This document shows, in pieces, positions 25,144 through 35,785 of a stretch of 56,613 nt of DNA. Position 1 is the stretch's first letter. Every line of letters begins with the position of its first letter. The notes below the pieces were generated by a model that searched no databases, had not been told where the DNA came from, and worked only from the letters and a program-made list of their open reading frames with translations. Source of the stretch: Perkinsus olseni. Lineage: Eukaryota. The stretch is taken from positions 1-56,613 of the forward strand of contig JABANN010000180.1 in assembly GCA_013115125.1 (NCBI GenBank). The letters run 5' to 3'. The translations under genes and the position numbers were made by a program.

Positions 25144-25405
25144 GTGACCATTACGCAATGGTCTTGTGATTGCTGTGACCAGGGCAAGTGACTGTAAGTG
25201 CTGTGGCCATTACGGAGTATTTTTGTGTTTGCTGTGATCAGGGCACGTGAGTCAGTGACTCAGAGTCACGTGACGTGACTGTTAGTGCCGTGACCGTAAC
25301 GAAGTGGTCTTGTGAATCACAAGTTGTGATCGCTGTGACCAGTGCACGCGAGTGCCAGTGCTATGAGTCACAGCCTGTGACCATTACGGAGTGGTCTTGT
25401 GGTCC
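25143..25405. repeat. Degenerate tandem repeat (GTGACCATTACG... units, 59-87 bp spacing)
   Basis: Recurring GTG(A/G)CC(A/G)T(T/A)ACG, TGGTCTTGTG and GCTGTGA(C/T)CAG blocks at about 25145, 25204, 25290 and 25377. Confidence 0.75.
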
Positions 25406-25868
25406 ACGTTGAATAGAGTCGATCGGCTAAGTGGCACTACACGGGTGGTACTTCTGTTGGGGCATGGCATACCCGGTATGCGCTCTGAGATAGGGCATAA
25501 AGAGCTGATGCATTTTGTGAGGGTCGATCGGGCGTCTATGGCGCGTCATCTCGAATGAACTTCTCAGAGGATACGAACCAGAGTGTGATTGAAGTACCAG
25601 CTTCGCTCATACAGTAGAAATTAGTTACAACATGCCATGTTATGACTCGTGCGAGCGTCCCGTACTAGCGCAACACCGACGTGCCGCCAGTCAATGATAT
25701 CAGTATGCAACGGAACTGATAAAGGCCTCACGAGGGGGAATGTGCGTACACGTGCTGATAGCTGAAATCGATCATCATCAAATCGATCACCGCGTCAGTC
25801 GACGGCGACAACCGTGCCAGTCGACAGCGCTCCATAACATGATGGAGTGCCCCAGTATACACTATTCT

Positions 25869-25952
25869 GCGTCAGGTTCCTGATCACTGGTAGTGATACC
25901 ACAGCTATGACCGTCATACCGTCATAGTAAGACGCTTTCGTGGTGCCTCTAC
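25869..25952 (+). pseudogene. Relic of a third cytochrome P450 copy (I-helix exon)
   Basis: cgtcaggttcctgatcactggtagtgataccacagctatgac...gacgctttcgtggtgcctctac closely matches 31204-31265 and 2349-2410, interrupted by a short insertion. Confidence 0.8.
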
Positions 25953-25959
25953 ACCATTT

Positions 25960-26077
25960 CCAGACCTACTTAGTAAAACCCCAGAGCAATTTAATAAAGC
26001 CCAGCCCAAATTAGTAAAACCCCAAAGCAATTTAATAAAGCCCAGACCAAATTAGTAAAACCCCAAAGCAATTTAAT
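25960..26077. repeat. 41-bp tandem repeat, ~3 copies
   Basis: TTAGTAAAACCCCA(G/A)AGCAATTTAATAAAGCCCAG(C/A)CCAAA starting at 25970, 26011 and 26052. Confidence 0.92.
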
Positions 26078-28427
26078 TTCGTGAAAGACCGAGTGTCCAG
26101 GCAGCCGGCGCTGAAGGCGTGCCCGTGCTGCTCCTGCTTCTTCTTGATGTATAGTTTAACCTCCCTGAGACTCACAGCGAGCAGGGGTATCGATGGCGAC
26201 TGGCGTCTCAACTCGTGGCACTTCACATTGTAGCGATGCAGCAGGTCGGACGCAGTGTCCCGGGGTTTCATATGGAGCCATATATCCTCCCATACCTCAG
26301 TCATCGCCTCATTATATTCACAGTCTGGCACGACGGGGACCTCTCCAGACATCATCCTGAACCGTAACCTTCTCTTCCGGGGGCTTGGTGGGGATGGAAG
26401 GGGGGCAGTGAGCCAATCCGGCTCAACGGTCGAGCCCAACAAGTATTGCTCAATCTTCGAGAGCTCCTCATCAACAGCTTCCCGGGACGTCGACGATTGC
26501 GCAGTCGCATCCACACCGGTCGCCACCCAGTCATCATCCGTATCAATGTTTTGTGGGAGGTCAGCAACATTGACATCCTTGGACCCACACCCTCCATCCT
26601 CAAAGTCCAAGCGCTCGTACTCGAAGCGTGCGAGCTCGCTGAGCTCGTCGTCCGCAGCAGTGTCCACCGTGGAGGCGGTCTCCGCGGTTTTCCAAGCCTC
26701 GTTGAGGGAATCAGTGATCTCATGATTGTAGTAGTCCCACCCAAACCTCACCTCGGTGGCTGACTCCGGAGCCAATTGCCACTCAGGATAATCGTCGGCC
26801 ATTCCCAGCTCTTGATAAAGTGATGCTTCCCTGGGCCCCAATCCAATGTGTGGCATCTTCAGACCCCATTTTTCTCGCTTCCTCCTATTCCATGTAAGTG
26901 CCCACCAGAGAGCTCTACAGTCAAATAACTGACGCCCCAGACCACGGACGCCGAACAGCAGCCTATGGATAGAAGAGTGCCCCGATTCCACCATACTTGT
27001 TCCTCGCAGACTAGCCCACTGTTGAAGGTAGTAACCACTCGAGCGATAGTTGACACGGTTGAGGGGCAGATAGGGAAGCAACGGCTGGCTGTGATCTCCA
27101 CCTCGAACTGGTTGATCGCTCATACAACAATTTCTTACATGTGTTAATTGCGATCGGAACACGGACAAAAAAGTTGAGTTGATGACCCTATAGGCCGGAT
27201 CGGTAGGCGGTAGGGGCTTGGAGATATCCCGGCCTGCCTTCTGAGCGATCGCGATCTGCTCATCGTCAACGGCCCGGTGAGCTCGCACCACGGCCATCAG
27301 GCGGTTCTCCAAGGTGATGGGGTCCGCCACTCGCCGCCTTATGAAACGACCTCGCTCTGTGCGAGTTGGCTCATCCTTGGGATCCAAACCGGCCGCTGCT
27401 CGAGCTTCATTGAGAGCTAAGATATCCCCCGGAAACGGAGTGTACAAACTTCGGGATAAATCCCTAAGCACAGCCTTCTTTCTAGGACATTCCGAATTGA
27501 TGGTTCGACTTAATCTTAGCAAGACATGAAAATTGTCTAACACAATCCGCGCTCCGAACGGGCCCTTCTTAGTTGGTGCTCCCTCGCCGAGTTCTTTTCC
27601 CGAGCAACATCGGGAATCGACAAATATGGTATGGGGCCGAGCCACTCCTGCTTCGTCATGCCTCCGCCCTATCTCATCGAAGCACGCTTCAACATGAGCT
27701 TCTTTCGCGCCTGGCCTGATGCATACTCTTAAAAACTCTGTCTTCTCATGCGCTGTCTTACTCTTCAGCATCCCCATCTTGGGTGTCCGCAGAAATAGTC
27801 CCCTGACATTCCGGTTCGTATCTGGAGTTGCACAACCTTCTCGCCGACCGCTGAAGCATCGCCTTACTTTACGGTGTGAAGACTGCACGTACACGAAACC
27901 CATTTGCTGGCACCGAAGAAGTTCCGCCGCGCGCGAGGCTCTTTCCCACTGCCCAGGTAAGGACAGAGCGATATCCTGGCCAGGAGCTCCCCAGCCTCAG
28001 ACCCCCGAGGCGGTGCCTCCCCTCTCCCCAACTTCTTGCCGCTGTAGGCCACTTGCCGTAGTATAACCATCCACTGATCAATGCCCTTACCCGATTTTGG
28101 CATAAATTGAGGAAATGAGAGACTAACAATGGCCCATGACACTGCTCTCCGGCCCTGGCTCTGGTACCAACCAATTCCAGCACGCATATGCATCTCGCAT
28201 AAAATGTTGGTCGCGCGCGATGTGCTCGCGTGCTAGAGAACTGTGTTGGACCGGCAAGGTGCTTCGTGCCTTTCACGCCCTAATCCTCCCCTTCTTCCTC
28301 TCTTCCTCTCCTCTCTCTTCCTTCTCTTCCCTTTCCTTCCTTTTCCTCTCTTTTTTTCCTCCCTTTCTTCCTCCCTTCTTCTCTTTCTCCCTTTTCCCCC
28401 TCCTTTCAGACGCTTTTCCCCCAGCCC
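26032..28427 (-). mobile_element. Dada-like DNA transposon (DDE transposase ORF 26032-27903), probably degenerate/truncated, abutting a tRNA-Phe gene
   Basis: 623-aa intronless ORF with RRHDEAGVARPHTIFVDSRCC, IVLDNFH (DxxH) and RGTSMVESGH (catalytic-Glu region), a motif order recalled for Dada transposases. The element ends at about nt 8 (TAGCTC) of tRNA-Phe. Confidence 0.72.
28284..28410. repeat. CT-rich low-complexity (polypyrimidine) tract
   Basis: About 125 nt of almost pure C/T near the transposon terminus. Confidence 0.9.
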
Positions 28428-28493
28428 TAGCTCAGTTGGGAGAGCGCCAGACTGAAGATCTGGAGGTCCTCAGTTCGATCCTGGGTCTGGGCA
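28428..28493 (+). pseudogene. 5'-truncated tRNA-Phe(GAA), nt 8-73
   Basis: Identical to 32693-32758, but the 5' acceptor strand GCCCAGA is replaced by CCAGCCC and the upstream flank is non-homologous. Confidence 0.88.
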
Positions 28494-28767
28494 TAGCTAC
28501 TTAGGCTATGGTAGCTTTGCGTAGCTCATATTTAGGCCCCCACCCTGCCCCATAACGAATATATGCCTGACTACAGAAGGCTGTCGACCAAGGCCATCGT
28601 TGCCGTAGAGAGACGTCGAAAGACTTCCTGTGGGTCTTCTGACAAGTTTGGCCTTCACCTCAGTTGTGTCGAGGGGACAACAAAACCCATAGACCGCCCT
28701 TGAGTGATGGATTGAGCTCAACCATTGTATCCCATCGCATCGAGCGTTCAGCTCAGCGTAGTTTTGT

Positions 28768-28839
28768 GTCGCCATCGTCTAGTGGTTAGGACGTCACGTT
28801 GTGGCCGTGACAACCCCGATTCAAATCCGGGTAGCGACT
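28768..28839 (+). pseudogene. tRNA-His(GTG) variant, probably a pseudogene
   Basis: Differs from 33033-33104 by T6>C (C6:A67 mismatch) and G53>A (breaks the T-stem and B-box). Confidence 0.8.
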
Positions 28840-29630
28840 TTACGATCGACGTGGATTTTAGCCTTGACTTGTTTGTCGATAGATAACTGTGAAGGGTGCT
28901 CGAACCTTCTTCGGAGACCGCCAACACAGTCCTTCGTATGTAGCCAGGCCGTTCGGACCATCCAAGTCGGGAGTTGCTCATGATTGTAGTTTTGCCATGC
29001 AGGTAGTCGCATTGACCATGAGAAAGCGTGACAATCGTAGTGAATAACGACATTCCCCAACGAAAACAAACATCCTCATTGCCATGATTGATGACGAGCT
29101 CACCCACACTCTCAGTCGGGCGGAGATTGTAGGGGTAAGTAAAACTGACGAGGTACCCGACGGCGCTACCCATGCGTCCTCGGAGCGGCGCAGCCGTCTT
29201 TCACGAATGTAAGAAGCCAAACCCACTCGAGCACACATGTGAAAGAGATTGTCCTTCGCTAGCGCTAGCTGTGCAGCTAGTGTCCCATTGCTGTACTGTC
29301 GGCACACGACCGGTCCAACCGGTGGTATGTGTCTCCGTTTATGTCTCCAGATGAGGAGCTGTTAGCAGGAAGATGTACCTTTATATACGTTTGGACACAC
29401 GCATACGTCGTGTCCCGGAGACACTGCCCTCCGCGACACGTATAGGGGACAGAAAAGATAGAGCAGGGATAGAGTAGAAGCCCCAGCGACAAGTATTGAG
29501 TAGCTGAGGGAGCGAGTATCTAACGGCTGAGAGACACTGCACGTATCCCAGCGGCGGATCCTGTGCCGCCAAGCTTCTGGGGTTGTGTTTAGAGGTTTCT
29601 CCACAGGGTGTACTTACAGCCCAACTTTTA

Positions 29631-31913
29631 ATGGCATCCCTACTCGCCGCTGCCCAGGGTCTCGTGGTAAAGGGTCGATCAAGTTTCCGGTCGCACGGAA
29701 CACTCATCCTTGTGTGCGGCATAGCCTCAGCACTTGCCTTGAAGGCTCTGAGGTTCTTGCGACGTACCAAGGTGGATCTCCATGCAGTCTTCGGCGGACC
29801 AAATCGGGTAAGTACATACTATTGGTTTGATCGATCCGGAGTTATCATCACCAGCTAATTCGTAACTCGGATTTCTCGCAGTTCCTTCCATTCGTTGGCT
29901 TCATACCGAAGTCGCTGGATCACCTATTTCATGCTTTGGAGATCTATGCGGACACGTACGGTGACATATACCATATCAAGTGAGAGTCAGAGAGTCTCTT
30001 CGGTTGCCCGACCGTCTGCGCGGCGCAGAAGGCGCCACCGATGGGCGTGCACCATTGCGGGAACACTGACGGTATAGCGCACTTTTCAGAACTCTCGGCA
30101 TGGACGTGGTAGCTGTGTCCAAGCCTGAGCTGGTCCGTCAAGTTTTGAATGAACGCCCGAAGACCTTCATCAAACCATTCAACAAGCACAAGATAATGCC
30201 GATCCCGGGTATGTTCAACACGGAGGGAGAAGAGTGGAAGAGGAACAGACGGTTGGGTGCCCCGGCCTTCAACGATAAGAACTCGGACGCCATGGTACCC
30301 GATATGTCCGAAGTTGCATTGAAGCTGGTAGGCTGCCAATCTCCGTCTTCCCTCCACCTTCGGGTATTCAGGTACGTCAGTTGAGATCCCTCAGCCAGGA
30401 CGGCCGTATTGTTTGGCGCCCCACAGAATGGCTTCCCCTCTGTACCCTCGATGTCTTATGTTTTACCACTTTAGGGAACGACTATAATTTTTTGAATCCT
30501 GATGGTGAGTGATGTTTCTTAGTAGAAACTTTCTACTAGAGACAGCTATGTGGTAGCACACTTCTCCTCGGGGGTATTTTATTCGCACTGTCCGCAAATT
30601 CCGAGCTCGGTCATATTCATTATCACGTCAACTATACGCGGCTCCCATGATGTTGCGCACTATGCCTTTTGTGTATCAGCGCTTGCTTGATCATCGTCAT
30701 CGTGATCGGGTCGACCCTGATAGCTCATAAAGTACTCCATCAGGTGTCCCTCTTGGCCATCGCTCCGGAGAAGTACAACAGGCGATAACAGATGGTTTGG
30801 AAGGCTCGGGTTACGCCGTACAGCTCAGTTCCTTCCCATGGATGACCCGCGATAGGTTCCCTTGGAATCTCAATCCGATGATCAAAAAGGTGAGACTCGT
30901 CCCGGGTGAGCTCGTCAGTCAATAACCTGCCCCGTTGATCAGATGCACACCGGAGTGAAGCAGCTCAACAGAATTTGCGATGAGATTAGCAGCAGTCGAC
31001 GGGCTGAGAAGCAAAGGGCAGAAGGGCGGGTGGAGCGACGCGACTTGCTCGACAAACTCTTGCATCTAGGCCCGGAGGACCTGCGGGGAAACCTCATCAC
31101 GTGAGTCATAGCCCCCTTTGGTGACTCGGCACATCCCATTTTCTGGTGCATGTGTGAATCATCGGCGAAGGTGATTAGGAAGGCCTCGGTATGCACCCCT
31201 TGCCGTCAGGTTCTTGATCGCTGGTAGTGATACCACAGCCATGACGCTTTCGTGGTGCCTCTACTATCTGTCCCTCAAACCTCCAATCCAAGCTAAGGCG
31301 AGGGCCGAGGTGGATGCCCTCAGACATGACCCCAAGACGATAGCGGACCTCAACCAGCTACCCTACGTTGAGTGCTGCATACTCGAGACACTCAGAGTGA
31401 GCCATCGTAAAATCAGGTTGAGGTATTGTGGGGTTTTTGTCAGCTGCAGCCCCCTGCTGTATTCCTCCTCAATGAGTGCATCCGTGACACAGTCCTGGAT
31501 GGAAAGAGCATCCCTTCCGGAACAGTCGTGGCGACACTCTTTCGTAAAGCGATGGTGGCGGAATCTCAAGGCGGCAAAAATTTTAAGTACGTGATCAGCT
31601 TCAGTACTTGCTTCTTTGCAACCAATGTCTCCAACGCGCCGCATGTCTCAGGCCGCAACGTTGGCTTACTCGTGATGGCTCTGCTGTTGACCAGTCCCTT
31701 GTACGTGACCATCTCGCGTTTGGTGGGGGACCTCGTCAGTGTCCCGGGCAGAATATGGCCCTCAAGGAGGCGACGATAATACTGACTTTGATTCTGAGAT
31801 ATTTTGATGATATTAAATTCGCTCATTCACCCGCGAGTGTTCGTGGAGAGGTTTCCTTTATTTATGGACCTCAGAATCTTGAGCTACGAATGTGTCAACG
31901 AGCCATCCGGTAG
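29631..31913 (+). CDS. Cytochrome P450, multi-exon, paralog B
   Basis: MASLLAAAQGLVVK..., AGSDTT, ETLR, PQRW, FGGGPRQCPG; collinear with 796-3067. Confidence 0.95.
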
Positions 31914-32685
31914 CTTCAATTTTTATCCTCACCATATCTTGCTCACTCACACCTAACACGTTTGTTTTTCCTAGCTAACAATACGATCGGTGTTGCCAGT
32001 GAATATGTTTTACCTCGCGTGTCCGATCAATCCTGTTTGCGCTTGAGCCGTGTGCACGGAAGCTACGCTCTTGGGCGGGCAACAATTTTCTTGGACCGAC
32101 GTGCCGGTCTAAATCACACCACTGTTGCCTGGCGTCCAGCCTGCAGACTCTAAATGGCCCACTAGTGTTTCAGAAAGTCGTAACAGCCAGTTTCACTCGC
32201 CTGTCAACACTGCGAGTTGGCTTTCTAGTGTCAGCAAGATTTCTGATTTTACGAAGACTCAATATAGATTTTTCGAGAGTTCAAGTATCTTGTCTCAGGC
32301 GGAACTCGCAGGAAGAGGCATCGAAGTTCCAACCCGAAGACCGATGGTGAGGCAGCAAAGCCTAACTCCAATTGATTCTGCTGAACGCAGAGCGCACTCG
32401 AGAAGCACGAGTGCTCGCCGGCGCATTGCGGGCCGTGAACCACTCCTCACGAACGGCGAGGCCCGTACGGTATGGGCCGTACAGAGGTTGGGCCAAGTTA
32501 CATACTCGAAAGCGATATGCCTACCGCTCAATAGCTGAGTCAAGGAGCGGGCATACTGTTCAGAAGAGCAGCGAAAGGTCGATGTGAGGTTATTGCAGCT
32601 CTGCGGTGGCATACCGATACACGGCGGTGCTAATCCGATCCGTACCTAGGCTGCGGTGTGAGCTACCATTCGATATTCTATATAA

Positions 32686-32758
32686 GCCCAGATAGCTCAG
32701 TTGGGAGAGCGCCAGACTGAAGATCTGGAGGTCCTCAGTTCGATCCTGGGTCTGGGCA
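32686..32758 (+). tRNA. tRNA-Phe(GAA)
   Basis: Full cloverleaf: GCCCAGA/TCTGGGC acceptor, CCAGA-CTGAAGA-TCTGG anticodon arm, GTTCGATC T-loop, A73. Confidence 0.96.
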
Positions 32759-33032
32759 TATCTATTTAGGCTATGCTAGCTCTACGTAGCTCATATCTAA
32801 GCCCCCATCCTGCCCCATAATTAATATATGCCTGACTACAGAAGGCTGTCGACCAAGACCGTCGTTGCCATAGAGAGACGTCGAAAGACTTCCTGTGGGT
32901 CTTCTGAGAAGTTCGGCCTCCACCTCAATTGTGCCGAAGGGACAACAAAACCGATAGACCGCCCTTGAGTGAGGGATTGAGGTCAACCATTGTATTCCAT
33001 CGCATCGAGCGTCCGGCCCACAGTATTTTCGT

Positions 33033-33104
33033 GTCGCTATCGTCTAGTGGTTAGGACGTCACGTTGTGGCCGTGACAACCCCGGTTCAAATCCGGGTAGC
33101 GACT
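33033..33104 (+). tRNA. tRNA-His(GTG)
   Basis: GTCGCTA/TAGCGAC acceptor, TCACG-TTGTGGC-CGTGA anticodon arm, CCCGG-TTCAAAT-CCGGG T-arm, discriminator T. Confidence 0.94.
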
Positions 33105-33856
33105 TCTTTCTTCTTGGCCATTATAGGCAAAACCGTCATCACAGCCTACAAACAGGTCTAAAATTTAACTTCGCCCAACCTCTGAAAACATTTCAGCAAC
33201 ACGGATAGAAGTACGTGACGTATTTGAATGCATCTTGTATTACAAGGAAATAACTCATCACGCGCGAATGCGTCATTATAGTGCAGTCAAAGAAAAGGTG
33301 ACGTATATCACCGGTCACAAGCATCATGCTTATTTTTGATACAGCAATTGCCGTTGTAGTGAAACAACTCCAGAGGGGATCCAATTATCGTATATAATAT
33401 GTGGCAAGGCACAGACGGTACGTGCCCTCCCTGTTTGCGGATAAGTGCAGGTTAACGTCAACACGAGGGAACCACTCGCTTGGACGATTAACCTCCAAGG
33501 TAAGACCACCATGATTGATGCTTAATTTACTATCTGTAAAAGTTGGTAACTTCGTTAGTTACTCAACTATCTCAACTCAAAGACCCCCCTTGTTTAGCTG
33601 CTATGCTTAAGCTCTTCCTAGATAGGAAGCAGAACGGATATGAAGACACTGGATTACTAAACAACTCAGAGTAATCAATGATTGCGAGTAAGTACTATAA
33701 TAGATGATCTCTGTGTATAAGACAGTAAATACCGGGCCCGGACTCAGAGAAACTGAGCAACGGTTATGCCCGCCGCCAGAGCACGCTTTGAAGCAGGGGA
33801 CTGACGGAGAGGAGAGAGAGTCTAACCGACCAATTTGTAGGAACTTATGATGAGGA

Positions 33857-35383
33857 TTACTCGGTGACGTCGCCAACTGGGACATCTCTGGGCAACTCAA
33901 GGTCGTCCCAGATGTTGTCCAATGCAGACACCAGCATGTCGAGATCCTTCTCGGAGTGCAGTGGTAGAGGCGTTAACCTAACACGCTCAGTGCCCCTCGG
34001 CACAGTAGGGTAGTTGATCGGCTGAAGATATATGTTGTACTCCTCCAAAAGCTTATCGGTAACTTGCTTGACCTTAACAGGGTCCCTCACCAACACCGGG
34101 ACGATGTGGCTTGTGCTGTTCATCGCCGGAAGACCCTTGGCCGCTAACTTGGCCTTCAGCTGCTTGGCGCGCAACTGCTGCATTTGTCGCTCGACGCCCG
34201 AGTGACGGAGGTAACGAACTGATGCCAAAGCACCGGCAGCGACTACGGGAGGGATCGCAGTGGTGAAAATGAAACCCGCGGCGTAGGAGCGGACGCAGTC
34301 GATGAAGTTGCTCGAAGCAGCCACGTAGCCACCAAAGACGCCATAGGCCTTCCCTAGAGTTCCAGATATAATATCGATCCGGTCAGCGACGCCATCACGC
34401 TCAGCGACACCAGCGCCATGGTCACCATACATACCAACGGCGTGGACTTCGTCGCAGAAGGTGAGGGCGTTGTACTTCTCGGCAAGGTCGCAGATCTTCT
34501 TCATCGGAGCAATAGAACCAGCCATTGAGTAAACGGACTCGAAAATGATCATTTTCGGTCTCTCAAGGGGATAAGACTTGAGGATGGCCTCCAACTTCTC
34601 GAGATTGTTGTTCTGGAAAATGACCTTCTCGCAGCCCGAGTGGCGAATTCCCTCGATCATGGAAGAATGGTTGCCCGAGTCCGAGATCATGACACAATCA
34701 GGCATGATCTTGCCTACAGCGGAGAGGGCGGCCTCGTTGGCGACGTAGCCACTAGAGAACACCAAGGCGGACTCCTTCTCATGGTTCATCGCCAACTCAT
34801 GCTCGAGTTCGACATGGTACTTGGTCGTGCCGGAGATGTTCCTAGTGCCACCAGCACCAGTACCGCTGGTATCAATAGCTTCGTGGCAGGCCTTCAGCAC
34901 CACAGGATTCTGACCCATGCCAAGATAGTCGTTCGAACAGAAAACCATGACCTCCCTAGGGACCGTGGACTCGTCGTTTTGGCCGCGGAAGGTCGCCCTC
35001 GGGAAGGTACCAACGTGCCTCTGCAGATTGGCAAAGTAGCGGTACCTCCCTTCGTCCTTCAACTTCTCGATGTTATACTCGAACTTAGTTTCATACATCT
35101 TGTCGGCGACCTTGGTAACAAGAGACCTCTTCACAACGCCCTCGTCAAGGTCGTTGTGGATCAACACGGGCTTCTCGACAGCGGACATGACCGGACAGAA
35201 GTGGGCGAAACTCTCGACCGCGGCCTGGTCGGGGATTCCCTTCATTCTAGCAACGAAGGGACACACCTCCTTCACTTCTGAGAGATTCACCGTCAACGGC
35301 GAGGACCGGGAGGCTGCAGCCGCGGCGGCCTGACGAAGCCCGGCTGAGAAACGACTGCAAGTTTGCTGACAGACGGACGACAT
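33857..35383 (-). CDS. ALAS: 5-aminolevulinate synthase (mitochondrial type), intronless
   Basis: [45 protein letters not shown] (PLP Lys), [12 protein letters not shown]-terminal transit peptide with CP motifs. Confidence 0.97.
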   Translation of the reverse strand: MSSVCQQTCSRFSAGLRQAAAAAASRSSPLTVNLSEVKEVCPFVARMKGIPDQAAVESFAHFCPVMSAVEKPVLIHNDLDEGVVKRSLVTKVADKMYETKFEYNIEKLKDEGRYRYFANLQRHVGTFPRATFRGQNDESTVPREVMVFCSNDYLGMGQNPVVLKACHEAIDTSGTGAGGTRNISGTTKYHVELEHELAMNHEKESALVFSSGYVANEAALSAVGKIMPDCVMISDSGNHSSMIEGIRHSGCEKVIFQNNNLEKLEAILKSYPLERPKMIIFESVYSMAGSIAPMKKICDLAEKYNALTFCDEVHAVGMYGDHGAGVAERDGVADRIDIISGTLGKAYGVFGGYVAASSNFIDCVRSYAAGFIFTTAIPPVVAAGALASVRYLRHSGVERQMQQLRAKQLKAKLAAKGLPAMNSTSHIVPVLVRDPVKVKQVTDKLLEEYNIYLQPINYPTVPRGTERVRLTPLPLHSEKDLDMLVSALDNIWDDLELPRDVPVGDVTE

Positions 35384-35785
35384 GAACGAGGGAAAACCTG
35401 AAGAGAATATCTTTCAGTTCACAGAGAGGCCGCAGACGACTCTGCATCTTCAGCCCCGAACAAACGACGAACTCCCGTTTGTCCCTCTGCGCTATAGCTG
35501 GCTAGCACGGCCCGGTGCAAAAAGCGCGCGCCCGAAAAATAGTAGCAGAGATACTCATCCAAGACGACGATGATGAATAGGAGATCCTGAACGCAGAAAT
35601 TGTGGAGCCACTGGAGGTGTCCAGATCTCTGATGTACTAAGCAAGCACCCTTACTCGGATACCGCCCGGGAGGCTAAAAAATCTTTTCCTGTCGAAGGGG
35701 ACAGGGAATTGTGTCGGCCCGCAGCGGACGCCCGTACTAGAGAACTCAACTCGTTCCTCGGTGGTGACACCAAAGCTGTCGACCT

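Noticed and set aside
28136-28504. F/S/L/P-rich ORFs as membrane proteins
   Set aside because: They are translations of the CT tract and the tRNA-Phe sequence.
34640-35281. 213-aa plus-strand ORF
   Set aside because: Antisense shadow of ALAS.
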